Virus record (IMG/VR): IMGVR_UViG_3300047321_000170 | Span: 18,937-82,936 of that record | Source: a virus | Strand: one strand, 5' to 3' | Length of the DNA stretch: 64,000 nt | Shown here: piece after piece, positions 48,488 to 56,848 of the stretch | How the letters are laid out: every line of letters starts with the position of its first letter | Position numbering within the stretch: the stretch's first letter is position 1 | The notes under the pieces: model-generated | Databases searched by the model: none | Told to the model about the DNA's origin: nothing | The model's input: the letters and a program-made list of their open reading frames with translations, nothing else | Position numbers and translations under genes: made by a program

Positions 48488-48778
48488 CTATGCGAACAGC
48501 GGTTCGAGCGGCATGTGCATCGACGCGTCGCTGAACTGTTTGAGATGACTCATGAGAACGCGCGGGTTCTGGCGATTGGCCAGCATCACACGCAGCACGT
48601 TGTCGATGGTCTTGAGTGTTGCGTCGTCGGTGACTGCGCCGTGCTCAGCTGCATAGAGCTTGAGCATCAACGTGCGCAGTCGAGCGGGAATCGCGGTGTT
48701 GACTTCATGCGCCGCGCACTCGGCCATCGTGTCGAACACGAGACCGTCGCAGGAGCGGTAGCGTTTGAGTTCACGCAT
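48488..48778 (-). CDS. Hypothetical protein
   Basis: N-terminus LKRY...DG.V....A..HE resembles the neighbouring gene. Confidence 0.6.
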   Translation of the reverse strand: MRELKRYRSCDGLVFDTMAECAAHEVNTAIPARLRTLMLKLYAAEHGAVTDDATLKTIDNVLRVMLANRQNPRVLMSHLKQFSDASMHMPLEPLFA

Positions 48779-49118
48779 TGCCAGCCTCTTGCGGCAGCGC
48801 GTTGAAGCCCTTCTCAACGAGGATGTGGTTAGCCGTCTCGCGGCTGCGAATGCGCTGATCCATCTCGTTGACCGCTTCGGCGTTTTCGAGGAAGTCCGAC
48901 AGGATCTCGATCACGTTCTGCGCGTCTCCCATGATGGCTTCAGCGATGGCGTTCGCCGTGTGATCGCTCAACTCGGCGATGCACTTCTCCTTGATCAGCT
49001 TCCCCAGTTGCTTCGGGATCGCGGTGAAGTATTCGTGGCGAATGGCCAGCTCGTGTTCGTTATGCACCACGCCGTCGCGAGTTTCGTAGCGCTTGAGGGT
49101 CTTCAGATGCTTGTTCAT
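48771..49118 (-). CDS. Hypothetical protein
   Basis: LKRYETRDGVVH..HE. Confidence 0.65.
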   Translation of the reverse strand: MNKHLKTLKRYETRDGVVHNEHELAIRHEYFTAIPKQLGKLIKEKCIAELSDHTANAIAEAIMGDAQNVIEILSDFLENAEAVNEMDQRIRSRETANHILVEKGFNALPQEAGNA

Positions 49119-49251
49119 TAGTCTTGATCCTGAGATTGGAGTTGGTACAGGAACGGCAGCGAGTCAAGCGACGAATCGAGTTCGCGCAAGTGCTCACCGA
49201 CCAGTTCGGCCAGTGTTTCAAAGCTCATGGGTTAGTTCGTGGTGGTGTTAA

Positions 49252-49265
49252 GTGCAGTGCTGCAC
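49252..49265. promoter_or_regulatory. Palindrome, family B
   Basis: GTGCAG-TG-CTGCAC. Confidence 0.55.
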
Positions 49266-49432
49266 GTTTCAGGCGACGACGCCCAGAATGCTTTCCGGAT
49301 GCAGGAAACGACCGCCGCCGATGAAGACGATGCCGCTTCTCTCGCCAATGCGCACGATCACAGCAGTCTTCTCGACGCCATACGACATGTAGCGCACGGT
49401 CTGTCCTACCTTGTACTGGCTCGTCGCTCCGC

Positions 49433-49831
49433 TCATGCTGCGATCTCCTGCGTCAACGCGTGGTGATACACGTCATGCAGGTAGGTCTTGATGTCGTTGC
49501 GGTTGCGGCCCGTGATCTTGATGACCGCGCCCCATTCGAGCGATGGCGTGACGATGACTTTGTGCTCGGTCCAGCCGTCATACATCCCCACGTCATTCAT
49601 GTGGTGGAAGTCGGCTTGAAAGACCAGCTTGTTGGATTTGCACTCGTGCGCCAGCAGCTTTGTGCCTGCGTCGATACCAGAGCCGCTAGGCAGCGGCTTG
49701 AGCATGGCGTCGAGGCGTTCTTCGTGCATGTCGATGCACGAACGCTGCGAGTCGTTAGCTGAAGGGGATTTACAACGCTCGATGGTGGCGAGCTGACGAG
49801 CAATCGCCTGATAAAGCGGTTGAGGTTTCAT
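49433..49831 (-). CDS. Hypothetical protein
   Basis: LPSGSGID.G..FHHMN..G.YDGWTEH..TG.N motif. Confidence 0.75.
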   Translation of the reverse strand: MKPQPLYQAIARQLATIERCKSPSANDSQRSCIDMHEERLDAMLKPLPSGSGIDAGTKLLAHECKSNKLVFQADFHHMNDVGMYDGWTEHKVIVTPSLEWGAVIKITGRNRNDIKTYLHDVYHHALTQEIAA

Positions 49832-49961
49832 TGCATGTTTCCGTGGTGGTGGAAGTTTTGATCCTCCAGGAGCCTCTTGGCGGGGCTCCCGGCACTGCGG
49901 GTGCTACCTTGGTACTACTGACGGCCGGCCAGGGCCACCAACGGGCTGTATTCCAGCCCAA

Positions 49962-50438
49962 TCATCCCAACTGCTTGAGCAGGACCGTGCCAACGAGTCC
50001 TGCTACTGCTCCAATGCCTGCTACGAGACCGATGATCCGGTCCCAACGATCAGCGCTGCGCTGCTGCGGCATCGACAGATTCACGACGACGCTGAAGTCG
50101 CGCGTCGGTGTCGCTATCGCTATCGCTGTCGCGCGTCGCAGTCGCTGCGGCAGATATCGCTCGACCGTGAATTCCGCATGGCGTAGCGATTTGTGCAGCT
50201 CTGCACTTTCCGTCGCTGTCGCTGTCGCTTGTCGCAGTCGCTGCTCCAGGTTGGAGCGGGTTGGCGGTGCGGGGGTAGCGCCATACGCAACGACCATGTT
50301 CTGGATCGTGGTGTACTCGACCACAGCAGCGCGGTTAGCCAGCAGTACGGCGGGAGCTACCCGCAGATCGCTCGCTGCAACCAGGGTTGCGTTGTTCGAG
50401 TGGTGCAAGAATACAGGTTTACGGACGGCAGTTTTCAT
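49962..50438 (-). CDS. Hypothetical membrane-anchored protein
   Basis: C-terminal TM; internal QRLR.ATA repeat. Confidence 0.5.
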   Translation of the reverse strand: MKTAVRKPVFLHHSNNATLVAASDLRVAPAVLLANRAAVVEYTTIQNMVVAYGATPAPPTRSNLEQRLRQATATATESAELHKSLRHAEFTVERYLPQRLRRATAIAIATPTRDFSVVVNLSMPQQRSADRWDRIIGLVAGIGAVAGLVGTVLLKQLG

Positions 50439-50449
50439 TTGTGGTGGTG

Positions 50450-51023
50450 AACTATCAGATAGTTGTGATGATTTCGCTCGCGGGCCAGCGCGGGGCTCAA
50501 AAACGGTGCAGGAATAGACTTTCCAAATCCTTTTTCTATAGTTAAATAAAACTATCTGATAGTTGGAGTCCTCACTCGTGGATCGATTTTTAAAGTCTAT
50601 TCAACCAACCTCTTCTCTTCTTGAATGGGGAATTGGAAGGAAGAAAAAGAAGAGAATAGGAAAAGCTAAGTGCTTGAAACGCAAAGCCAAAAGCTCCACA
50701 AACCACAACTATCTGATAGTTTGCGTTCGGCGCTCGATCCTACCCGTGGTCGGACTGGCCGCTCCGATTGGTATGCAAGTGGGCTCTCTGTGGAAGCGAT
50801 CTGTAATGTGGAGTTATCCACAGCTTTGAGGCCGGCCGGTTACGCCTTGGACCTTTTGCCCACTGGTGGAACAACGCTACCCCTCCACCGCCCATCCCGC
50901 ATTGCGCACATCACTAGCCGCTCAACTATCTGATAGTGCAGTTCTGCACCTTGACATTTGCCAAGGAGCCGTATTCCGCAACACTAACTATCCGATAGTT
51001 GCGCCCACAACTATCTGATAATT
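50450..51023. repeat. Cluster of six family-A palindromes in a largely non-coding, partly AT-rich region
   Basis: AACTATC(A/T/C)GATAGTT-type copies at 50450, 50550, 50707, 50924, 50986 and 51009. Confidence 0.8.
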
Positions 51024-51439
51024 GGCGCGATGTGATCTCGCACGCGAGCGCCCCACGCTTCGGCCAATTGCCCCAGCGCATCCTTCACGCCGCTGCTCCT
51101 CCAACGCTCGGCGCGCTCCCGCTCCTGCTCCTGCTGCTCGGCTACACGAGCCCGCTTACGGGTCAGCTTGCGCTCCACATGCGAGCTATAGACGCGTGTC
51201 TCAGGAGCCGGAGCGGTAGCGGGCGCCCAGGGCTCATAGCGCGCCCACTGCGGTAGCTCGTCCAGTTCCATATCACCGTTCTCGACGCAGGCCCAGAGCA
51301 TCGCGATGGTGGCCAGGCGTTCCGCGCGCTCGCCGTGTTGCTGATCAAAGTCGAGCTGCACCGCATACGCCCGTTGCGCATCAACCCCTGCCGTGATGGC
51401 CTTCGTATAGTTGCTGATGGTTGGATCGAGATAACGCAT
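51011..51439 (-). CDS. Hypothetical early protein
   Basis: AGGAG SD; family-B palindrome at 51458. Confidence 0.6.
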   Translation of the reverse strand: MRYLDPTISNYTKAITAGVDAQRAYAVQLDFDQQHGERAERLATIAMLWACVENGDMELDELPQWARYEPWAPATAPAPETRVYSSHVERKLTRKRARVAEQQEQERERAERWRSSGVKDALGQLAEAWGARVRDHIAPIIR

Positions 51440-51666
51440 GGTCAATCTCCTGAAAAGGTGCAGAACTGCACTTTGTCCGGTATCAAGTCGGCGCGGCCTA
51501 TAGGAGACCTGAATTACGCCACGTCAACCGCTGCGCTCGAACGCTACAGCGGCACAATCAGGCGTTCTCGCTTGACGGTGCGGACGACTCACAATCCGCA
51601 CGAGCAAACGCGCCCCTTATACATACAGCACAGCACGACCGGCCTCTCAGCCAGTCGCGTTTGCCG

Positions 51667-52368
51667 TTACGCTGCGGTCAGTGCGGGGAACGCCGCCAGT
51701 TCCGCCAGTTCCGCCAGCATGGCGCGGGCGTACTCTTTGCGCTGTGCTTCGGACATGTTCGCCAACACTTGACGCGTCAGTGTCACGAAGTCGCCCACTG
51801 TATCGATGCTTGCGCGCACCGATTCAACCGGCGCCCCCGTTTCGTCAAGCGCTTTCTGGGGCGCGGGCGATTCAACCGGGCCAGCATCTTTAGGCGTCTT
51901 TTCTTTCGGCTTTTTCTCGCTAGTCGGTTTGCTGAAACCGAATTCAGCGAAGAGTGCGTCCGTGCTGTGGCATTGCAGGCTAAAGAGCCATGCCTTAACG
52001 ATCGCGGCCGCGTCTTTATCGTCCGCTGCGTTCAACACTTCCACGACTTGCAACCCCTTGGTTGCCGCTTGCTTGCAAATGCCTACGGCTTTTTCGACAT
52101 AACGCTTAGCGGTGCCCATGCATGCATCCGCCAGTGTTGCGCGCGCCACTTCGTCCAGTGCGTCCCATGCTTTTGCGCCCTGACGTTGCGCCGCCAGTTC
52201 AAACGCGACGGGGCGCGTATTGTTCGTGGCAAAACCGCGTTCTGCGAACGAACCTTGACGCAGATAGACCGCGACCAATGCAGAGTAAGCGCCGCCTACA
52301 ACCGACTTTTCCGCCGTGACAATTGCTTTAACGGCAAACTTGATTTGTTCGATAGTCGGAACGTTCAT
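51667..52368 (-). CDS. Ala/Lys-rich first early-gene candidate
   Basis: GGAG SD; downstream of two family-B palindromes. Confidence 0.7.
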   Translation of the reverse strand: MNVPTIEQIKFAVKAIVTAEKSVVGGAYSALVAVYLRQGSFAERGFATNNTRPVAFELAAQRQGAKAWDALDEVARATLADACMGTAKRYVEKAVGICKQAATKGLQVVEVLNAADDKDAAAIVKAWLFSLQCHSTDALFAEFGFSKPTSEKKPKEKTPKDAGPVESPAPQKALDETGAPVESVRASIDTVGDFVTLTRQVLANMSEAQRKEYARAMLAELAELAAFPALTAA

Positions 52369-52420
52369 TGTAGAAACTCCAGTGATAAGCGCTTATGTGT
52401 GCGCTGATTAGCCAGTATGT

Positions 52421-52479
52421 AAAGTGCAGTTCTGCACTTTTCTTTTTCCCCTTGCTAAAAGTGCAGACGCTGCACTTTT
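52421..52479. promoter_or_regulatory. Two extended family-B palindromes
   Basis: AAAGTGCAGTTCTGCACTTT and AAAAGTGCAGACGCTGCACTTTT. Confidence 0.7.
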
Positions 52480-52509
52480 GCGCGGGCTATGGGCGCATGC
52501 ACCCATAGC

Positions 52510-52531
52510 GGGCGTGGTGGTGGACACGCCC
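52510..52531 (-). promoter_or_regulatory. CCACCAC-loop hairpin near the 5' end of the early leftward transcript
   Basis: Minus strand GGGCGTG-TCCACCAC-CACGCCC. Confidence 0.7.
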
Positions 52532-52697
52532 TGCTTCGCTCTCCCTTGCGGGATTAGTAACACTATACCTAGATATTATTAGAGGGGGAAGCGAGAAGAA
52601 TCCGATTACCCGAAAACCAGTCATTTTAAAATTTCCGATTTTCTTATATAGGTATAGTATTATCAAAATTCACCGCCACAGCCCCATCCCCTGCCCT

Positions 52698-53261
52698 ATG
52701 TCCCAAGATAAATTCACCCGAGACCAATTCACCGTCGAGCTTGCGAGAGAGTGGTTTGCCTACGATGCTGAAGCCGGCGTAGTAATCAGGATCAAGAATC
52801 CTAAGAAGGGTCCGCAGACGGCCGGCACGCGAGCCGGAGCGCCTCATAAAGCGAGTGGCATGCGCCAGGTCATCTTTCGTGGCGTGAGCGTCTATGAGCA
52901 GCAGCTCGTCTGGGCGCTATGCAAGGGAGCGTGGCCGACATCCAAGCTCAGGTTCAAAGACGGCGACCCTCTCAACTGTCGAATTGAGAACTTGTGTGGG
53001 GCAACGAATACAGCAGATGATTACAAGGCGTTACAGTCCAAGACTGTCAGGGAATCCTTACCCCTCTCTGGCGTAATTCCTACCTCAAGTGGGAAGTTCA
53101 AGGCTCAAATTTTCCGAGAGCGGATGATCTATCTAGGCACGTTCGATACTCCTGAGAGTGCAAGTGCGGCATACCTGACAGCCAAGTCAGTCCTTCATGA
53201 TCCGCTTAATAGAGGGAAATCGACAGTTGAGCTACTTGAGGGACTACCAAAACTGGGTTAA
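52698..53261 (+). CDS. HNH-AP2 protein with degenerate HNH active site
   Basis: G.WP..(LRF)KDGD.LNCRIENL; AP2-like GV..GKFKAQI..YLGTFDT.E.AS.AY. Confidence 0.8.
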   Translation: MSQDKFTRDQFTVELAREWFAYDAEAGVVIRIKNPKKGPQTAGTRAGAPHKASGMRQVIFRGVSVYEQQLVWALCKGAWPTSKLRFKDGDPLNCRIENLCGATNTADDYKALQSKTVRESLPLSGVIPTSSGKFKAQIFRERMIYLGTFDTPESASAAYLTAKSVLHDPLNRGKSTVELLEGLPKLG

Positions 53262-53318
53262 GGAAACCTTAAAGCCAAGTTTTGAGAGGTTGACTTTAGA
53301 GTTTGGTAGCTCCAACCC

Positions 53319-53347
53319 TTGCAAACGCACCTCAAGATGTTTATAGT
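53319..53347 (+). promoter_or_regulatory. sigma70 promoter for predicted sRNA
   Basis: TTGCAA-N17-TATAGT. Confidence 0.75.
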
Positions 53348-53351
53348 TCCG

Positions 53352-53520
53352 TCTCAAGTGCTGCGTGATCTGTGGTGGTGAGCGCAGCAGCAGAGATGTC
53401 ATGTCTCTGTCACGACTGAGGGGTGGCCAGCTCCAAAGTCAACCGTCCTAGACGGTAGTTTTGATCCATTGTAGAAGCTCAAAAGCCCCACCGACTAGCT
53501 ATCGGCGGGGCTTTTCCTTT
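53352..53520 (+). ncRNA. Predicted structured antisense sRNA with GUGGUGGUG loop
   Basis: Promoter and terminator with no convincing ORF between them; hairpins at 53360-53388, 53391-53409 and 53442-53456; complementary to repeated leader motifs. Confidence 0.7.
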
Positions 53521-53522
53521 TT
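53481..53522 (+). terminator. Intrinsic terminator (possibly bidirectional)
   Basis: AAAAGCCCCACCGA-CTAGCTA-TCGGCGGGGCTTTT followed by CCTTTTT. Confidence 0.85.
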
Positions 53523-53550
53523 CAGCCTGAGAATCTAGGGCTGAACTCCA

Positions 53551-53578
53551 AGACTACTGTGTTTACATACAGCGTCAA
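53551..53578 (-). promoter_or_regulatory. Leftward sigma70 promoter with LexA box as spacer
   Basis: Minus strand TTGACG-CTGTATGTAAACACAG-TAGTCT. Confidence 0.75.
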
Positions 53579-53609
53579 TACTTGTACTCCTTGTTGAACA
53601 CCTGCAGGT

Positions 53610-56129
53610 CTAGGCGGTGACGGGCTGCTCTCCAGAATGGTCCTTCGTCGTACTCGACGTACTCCCCGCTCCCACAAGTGTGAGGTTCTTGTACTCGACA
53701 GACTGGCCTCCCATCGGGGTTTGCTCGATCGTAAGTTTGAATCCGAACTCGGTAGCCAATTCCCTCATCTTTGCTCTGAACTGAGTCGATCCAACAGGCC
53801 GCGCAGATCCCGGCCCGACGCAGAAGGACCAATATGCCTGATAGAGCTTCGTTTCCGGTACGGATGTGGGGGTCGAAGTCTTCGACCCAGCGGACTCCTC
53901 TTGTTGGAGAGCGAGAATCCGCACTTTCCCGCTCTCCATGAGAAAAAAACGTACGCTGTTGTTCAGGTTCGCTACTTCACGCATGATCTGGGAGTGCGAA
54001 GTCGGGATCGTGAACTCGTTCGTGAGCTTCAGTCGTGACATCGCCTGCACTGCCCACGCAACGATGGCCTCACGCTCTTCAACCACGATGGCATCACCGA
54101 GATCCAGCCGACGCTCCGACGCTTTCACCGGACGGTTAAATTGGAGTACGAGCCATCTCCGATTGAACCCTTCCGATGTATCTTCCGTGCGCGGGTAGTG
54201 ATTCGACGCAAACCAATGCGTACAGATAGGGTTGAACCGGAAAATTTGCCCGCCCTTCATCTGTCCGGACATCTCAGCGCCGTCGATGATGTCCTTGAAC
54301 TTCTGGCCATCGACAGTCTTCTTCTCGCTCAGCTCACCAGCCACGTTGATGATCTTTTCGAACATTTGCGTCGGCAAAAACTTGTCGCTCCACTCGTTAG
54401 GAGGCACCGCGGAACGAGCTGTGTCTGGCACAAGCGCCTGTGCGATCTTCAACAGCTGTGATTTCCCTGACTTCGGAGCGCCTTGCAGCAAAATCGCACG
54501 TTGATAACGCGGTCCAAGACCGAAAAGCGTAACTGCCAAGGCTTCTTGGAGAGCCTGAATCTTGGCCTCGCAATCCTCGTCTTCACCCCAACTCTTCCTC
54601 AGAAAATCGAAAAACATCGTCGAATGACCAGCCGCTTCCGGCAAATAGCGGAACGGAAGCGTGTACGTCATGCCGTAACCCTGGTCATGCGGCAGCAATT
54701 TGAGGTCTTCCGTGAGAAAACCGTTCGCGAAGTTGACGCCCTTAACATCAATCGACTTAATTCCCTGTGTCATGAGCATTTTCATGACTTGAGAGACGCC
54801 GCGAATGTCGTTGAACTTCTTGCAGGCCGCGAGATGCCCATAATCAGAGCTGATCCGGGACATGATGTATTGGTCGTCCACCTTCTCCCAATGTGAACCG
54901 GCCCATTTCCACACGAACCCATTATGAGCGCGCACGGCATACAGCTGCTCCAGGTCTTTAATCACCGCGCGAGCGATCTCAGACTGGTCCTGGCCTTTGA
55001 TCTCGCCCATGCGCAGCTCTTTGATACGCGCTTTTAGGCTGGAAACACGAATTCCCATGCCAGCAGTCTGCGCGATGAACTCAAGCAGCCGGTCCTCTTC
55101 CAGCTTATTCAAAGTCGATGTGGTCGCAACCTTTTGCAACGCCTTGTCGACCGATGTTGCTCGACCCGGTGACTCCTTCGGATAGCGCTCAAACTCGTCA
55201 ATCAGGAACTGTTTCAAGTCCTCGAACGACCACTCCTCCTGCTCCTTCGTGATCTCAAGCCCCCACGACTCCTTCTCGGCGTCCGTCATGCCCTCGTCCC
55301 AGCCGGTCGGCAGCACCTTCTGCTTCTCGAACACGTCTCGCTGGAGGAACTTCAGCATGTTGCGGATGTGCTTATCCACATCGATAGGGTCGCCCGCGAC
55401 GTTCTCCACGAAGTCAGCTGCGTACGCCTGAAGCATGCCGATGGCTTCCTTCAATGTGCGATCGCCGCGGATCACCGCGTAAGCGAACAGTCCTGCGCGC
55501 TCAGTCAGGCTCGTGTCGCGCGAGCCCGCCGAAGCATAGTCCACCACGCGCGTCCAACCAGAGTGCGACAGCTCGACGCCGGCCTCGGTGAGCGCGGCGC
55601 GCAGCAGAACCTCGATGTTCTCGTCGAGCGGCTGGAGATTCTTGTGAACGTCAACCAGGTCGCAGTTAGCCTGGTACGGCAGCTGCGTGTCCGGATGGAT
55701 CGACGGCGGCAGCACCGACTGCGTGCGAGCCGACAGCATTTCGCAGATCGTCTGCCCGCTGGTGTTCTTGATCCGGAAGGTCTTCAGGCCCGAGTAGCGA
55801 TACGCGAGCATGACGCCCTTCTTGCCGATGCGGCGCCAAGGAGAAACCGGCAACAGCTGCTCGATCACGTTCATCAACCGCACGTCTTCCGTGTCGATGT
55901 CCATCATCACGATGCCCGACTGCGGGCCGAGCACGATGCCGATGTTCGAGTCGCGGCACTGCTCAATCCAGCTGGCCTGTTGCTCAGGCTCGACCGGATG
56001 ATCGAAGTAACGCGACCAGTCGTTCGGGATAGGCTTCTTTTCGCGCGGGTACAGCGGAATCACTGGCAGGCCGGCCGCGTAGTAGCGCGGCGCGGTCTCA
56101 GCGAAGATGGGGAGGCGTTCGATCTTCAT
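53610..56129 (-). CDS. Bifunctional primase-polymerase / D5-like SF3 helicase
   Basis: PVIPL..KKP, NIGI, DID, PPSIHP; GAPKSGKS Walker A, ASN, RRW. Confidence 0.9.
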   Translation of the reverse strand: MKIERLPIFAETAPRYYAAGLPVIPLYPREKKPIPNDWSRYFDHPVEPEQQASWIEQCRDSNIGIVLGPQSGIVMMDIDTEDVRLMNVIEQLLPVSPWRRIGKKGVMLAYRYSGLKTFRIKNTSGQTICEMLSARTQSVLPPSIHPDTQLPYQANCDLVDVHKNLQPLDENIEVLLRAALTEAGVELSHSGWTRVVDYASAGSRDTSLTERAGLFAYAVIRGDRTLKEAIGMLQAYAADFVENVAGDPIDVDKHIRNMLKFLQRDVFEKQKVLPTGWDEGMTDAEKESWGLEITKEQEEWSFEDLKQFLIDEFERYPKESPGRATSVDKALQKVATTSTLNKLEEDRLLEFIAQTAGMGIRVSSLKARIKELRMGEIKGQDQSEIARAVIKDLEQLYAVRAHNGFVWKWAGSHWEKVDDQYIMSRISSDYGHLAACKKFNDIRGVSQVMKMLMTQGIKSIDVKGVNFANGFLTEDLKLLPHDQGYGMTYTLPFRYLPEAAGHSTMFFDFLRKSWGEDEDCEAKIQALQEALAVTLFGLGPRYQRAILLQGAPKSGKSQLLKIAQALVPDTARSAVPPNEWSDKFLPTQMFEKIINVAGELSEKKTVDGQKFKDIIDGAEMSGQMKGGQIFRFNPICTHWFASNHYPRTEDTSEGFNRRWLVLQFNRPVKASERRLDLGDAIVVEEREAIVAWAVQAMSRLKLTNEFTIPTSHSQIMREVANLNNSVRFFLMESGKVRILALQQEESAGSKTSTPTSVPETKLYQAYWSFCVGPGSARPVGSTQFRAKMRELATEFGFKLTIEQTPMGGQSVEYKNLTLVGAGSTSSTTKDHSGEQPVTA

Positions 56130-56683
56130 ACGGTCTCTTCTGTGGTGGGGTCAGTCGCGCCATCGTCAGCTGCTGCTGAACGGGCCAGGACGCTCCTGAG
56201 TCGATCCATAACGTCCGTACGCTGGTCAGGCGACAGGACTTCTTCCATGATCGTGAGCACGGTGTCCTGGAAGTCTTTGATCTGCTTGACTCCCAGCGCG
56301 CGCTCGCGAGCATTCACAAGACGTTCGAGCAAACTGGTCGCGGTGCGGAAATAGGCCATCCGCTCCGTTTGATCCGACTGCCCGATGGTCTTGCCGTAGG
56401 CTTTCAGCTCCGTGAAGACTGAGTGCAAGTCTCCAGCGAGCGTGCTGTCAATTTCATCCTCCGATACGGGGGCTGAGACAGGCGGTTTCTCGGTTGACTC
56501 TTCTTTTTCCTCCCTTGATCCGTTGCCGAACGCGATAGCACGGTCAATGATGTTCTTGAACTGTGCGTCATAGGGACAATCAGGACTACGGAGGTACAGG
56601 ACATCCTCACTGGCCAGAGTGAGAATCGTCTTGACAGCCCACGTAGCGTGGTCCGTCAGATCGGGATAGTGGTAGTCGCTCAT
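56126..56683 (-). CDS. Hypothetical protein, possible terminase small subunit
   Basis: Helical 185-aa protein adjacent but divergent to terminase large subunit. Confidence 0.5.
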   Translation of the reverse strand: MSDYHYPDLTDHATWAVKTILTLASEDVLYLRSPDCPYDAQFKNIIDRAIAFGNGSREEKEESTEKPPVSAPVSEDEIDSTLAGDLHSVFTELKAYGKTIGQSDQTERMAYFRTATSLLERLVNARERALGVKQIKDFQDTVLTIMEEVLSPDQRTDVMDRLRSVLARSAAADDGATDPTTEETV

Positions 56684-56748
56684 GGGTTCTCTCGTCGGGA
56701 GGGGCAAGAATATGCGCTTCCGCACAGAAGGAAAATGAAAATCAGCGC

Positions 56749-56763
56749 GACTATCAGATAAAA
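56749..56763. promoter_or_regulatory. Family-A operator variant in divergent promoter region
   Basis: GACTATCAGATAAAA. Confidence 0.45.
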
Positions 56764-56848
56764 ACCGAGAACTATCGTCTGCTTACGCACATACATTTTT
56801 TCTTTGTGTTGCGCCGACGCCTAACTGAGAATAGCGCCTGCTAAACAG

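Noticed and set aside
50450-51023. CRISPR or mini-array
   Set aside because: Repeats are 15-bp palindromes with irregular spacing (23-217 bp), and there are no cas genes.
53413-53470. 19-codon minus-strand ORF (MDQNYRLGR...) under the LexA promoter
   Set aside because: No SD, lies beyond a terminator hairpin, and has no recognisable features; the RNA interpretation explains the sequence better.
17934-56148. GTGGTGG repeats as Chi recombination sites
   Set aside because: They resemble GCTGGTGG/GNTGGTGG, but they concentrate in leaders, flip with transcription direction and sit in hairpin loops. Chi sites are usually scattered through coding DNA. Not formally excluded.
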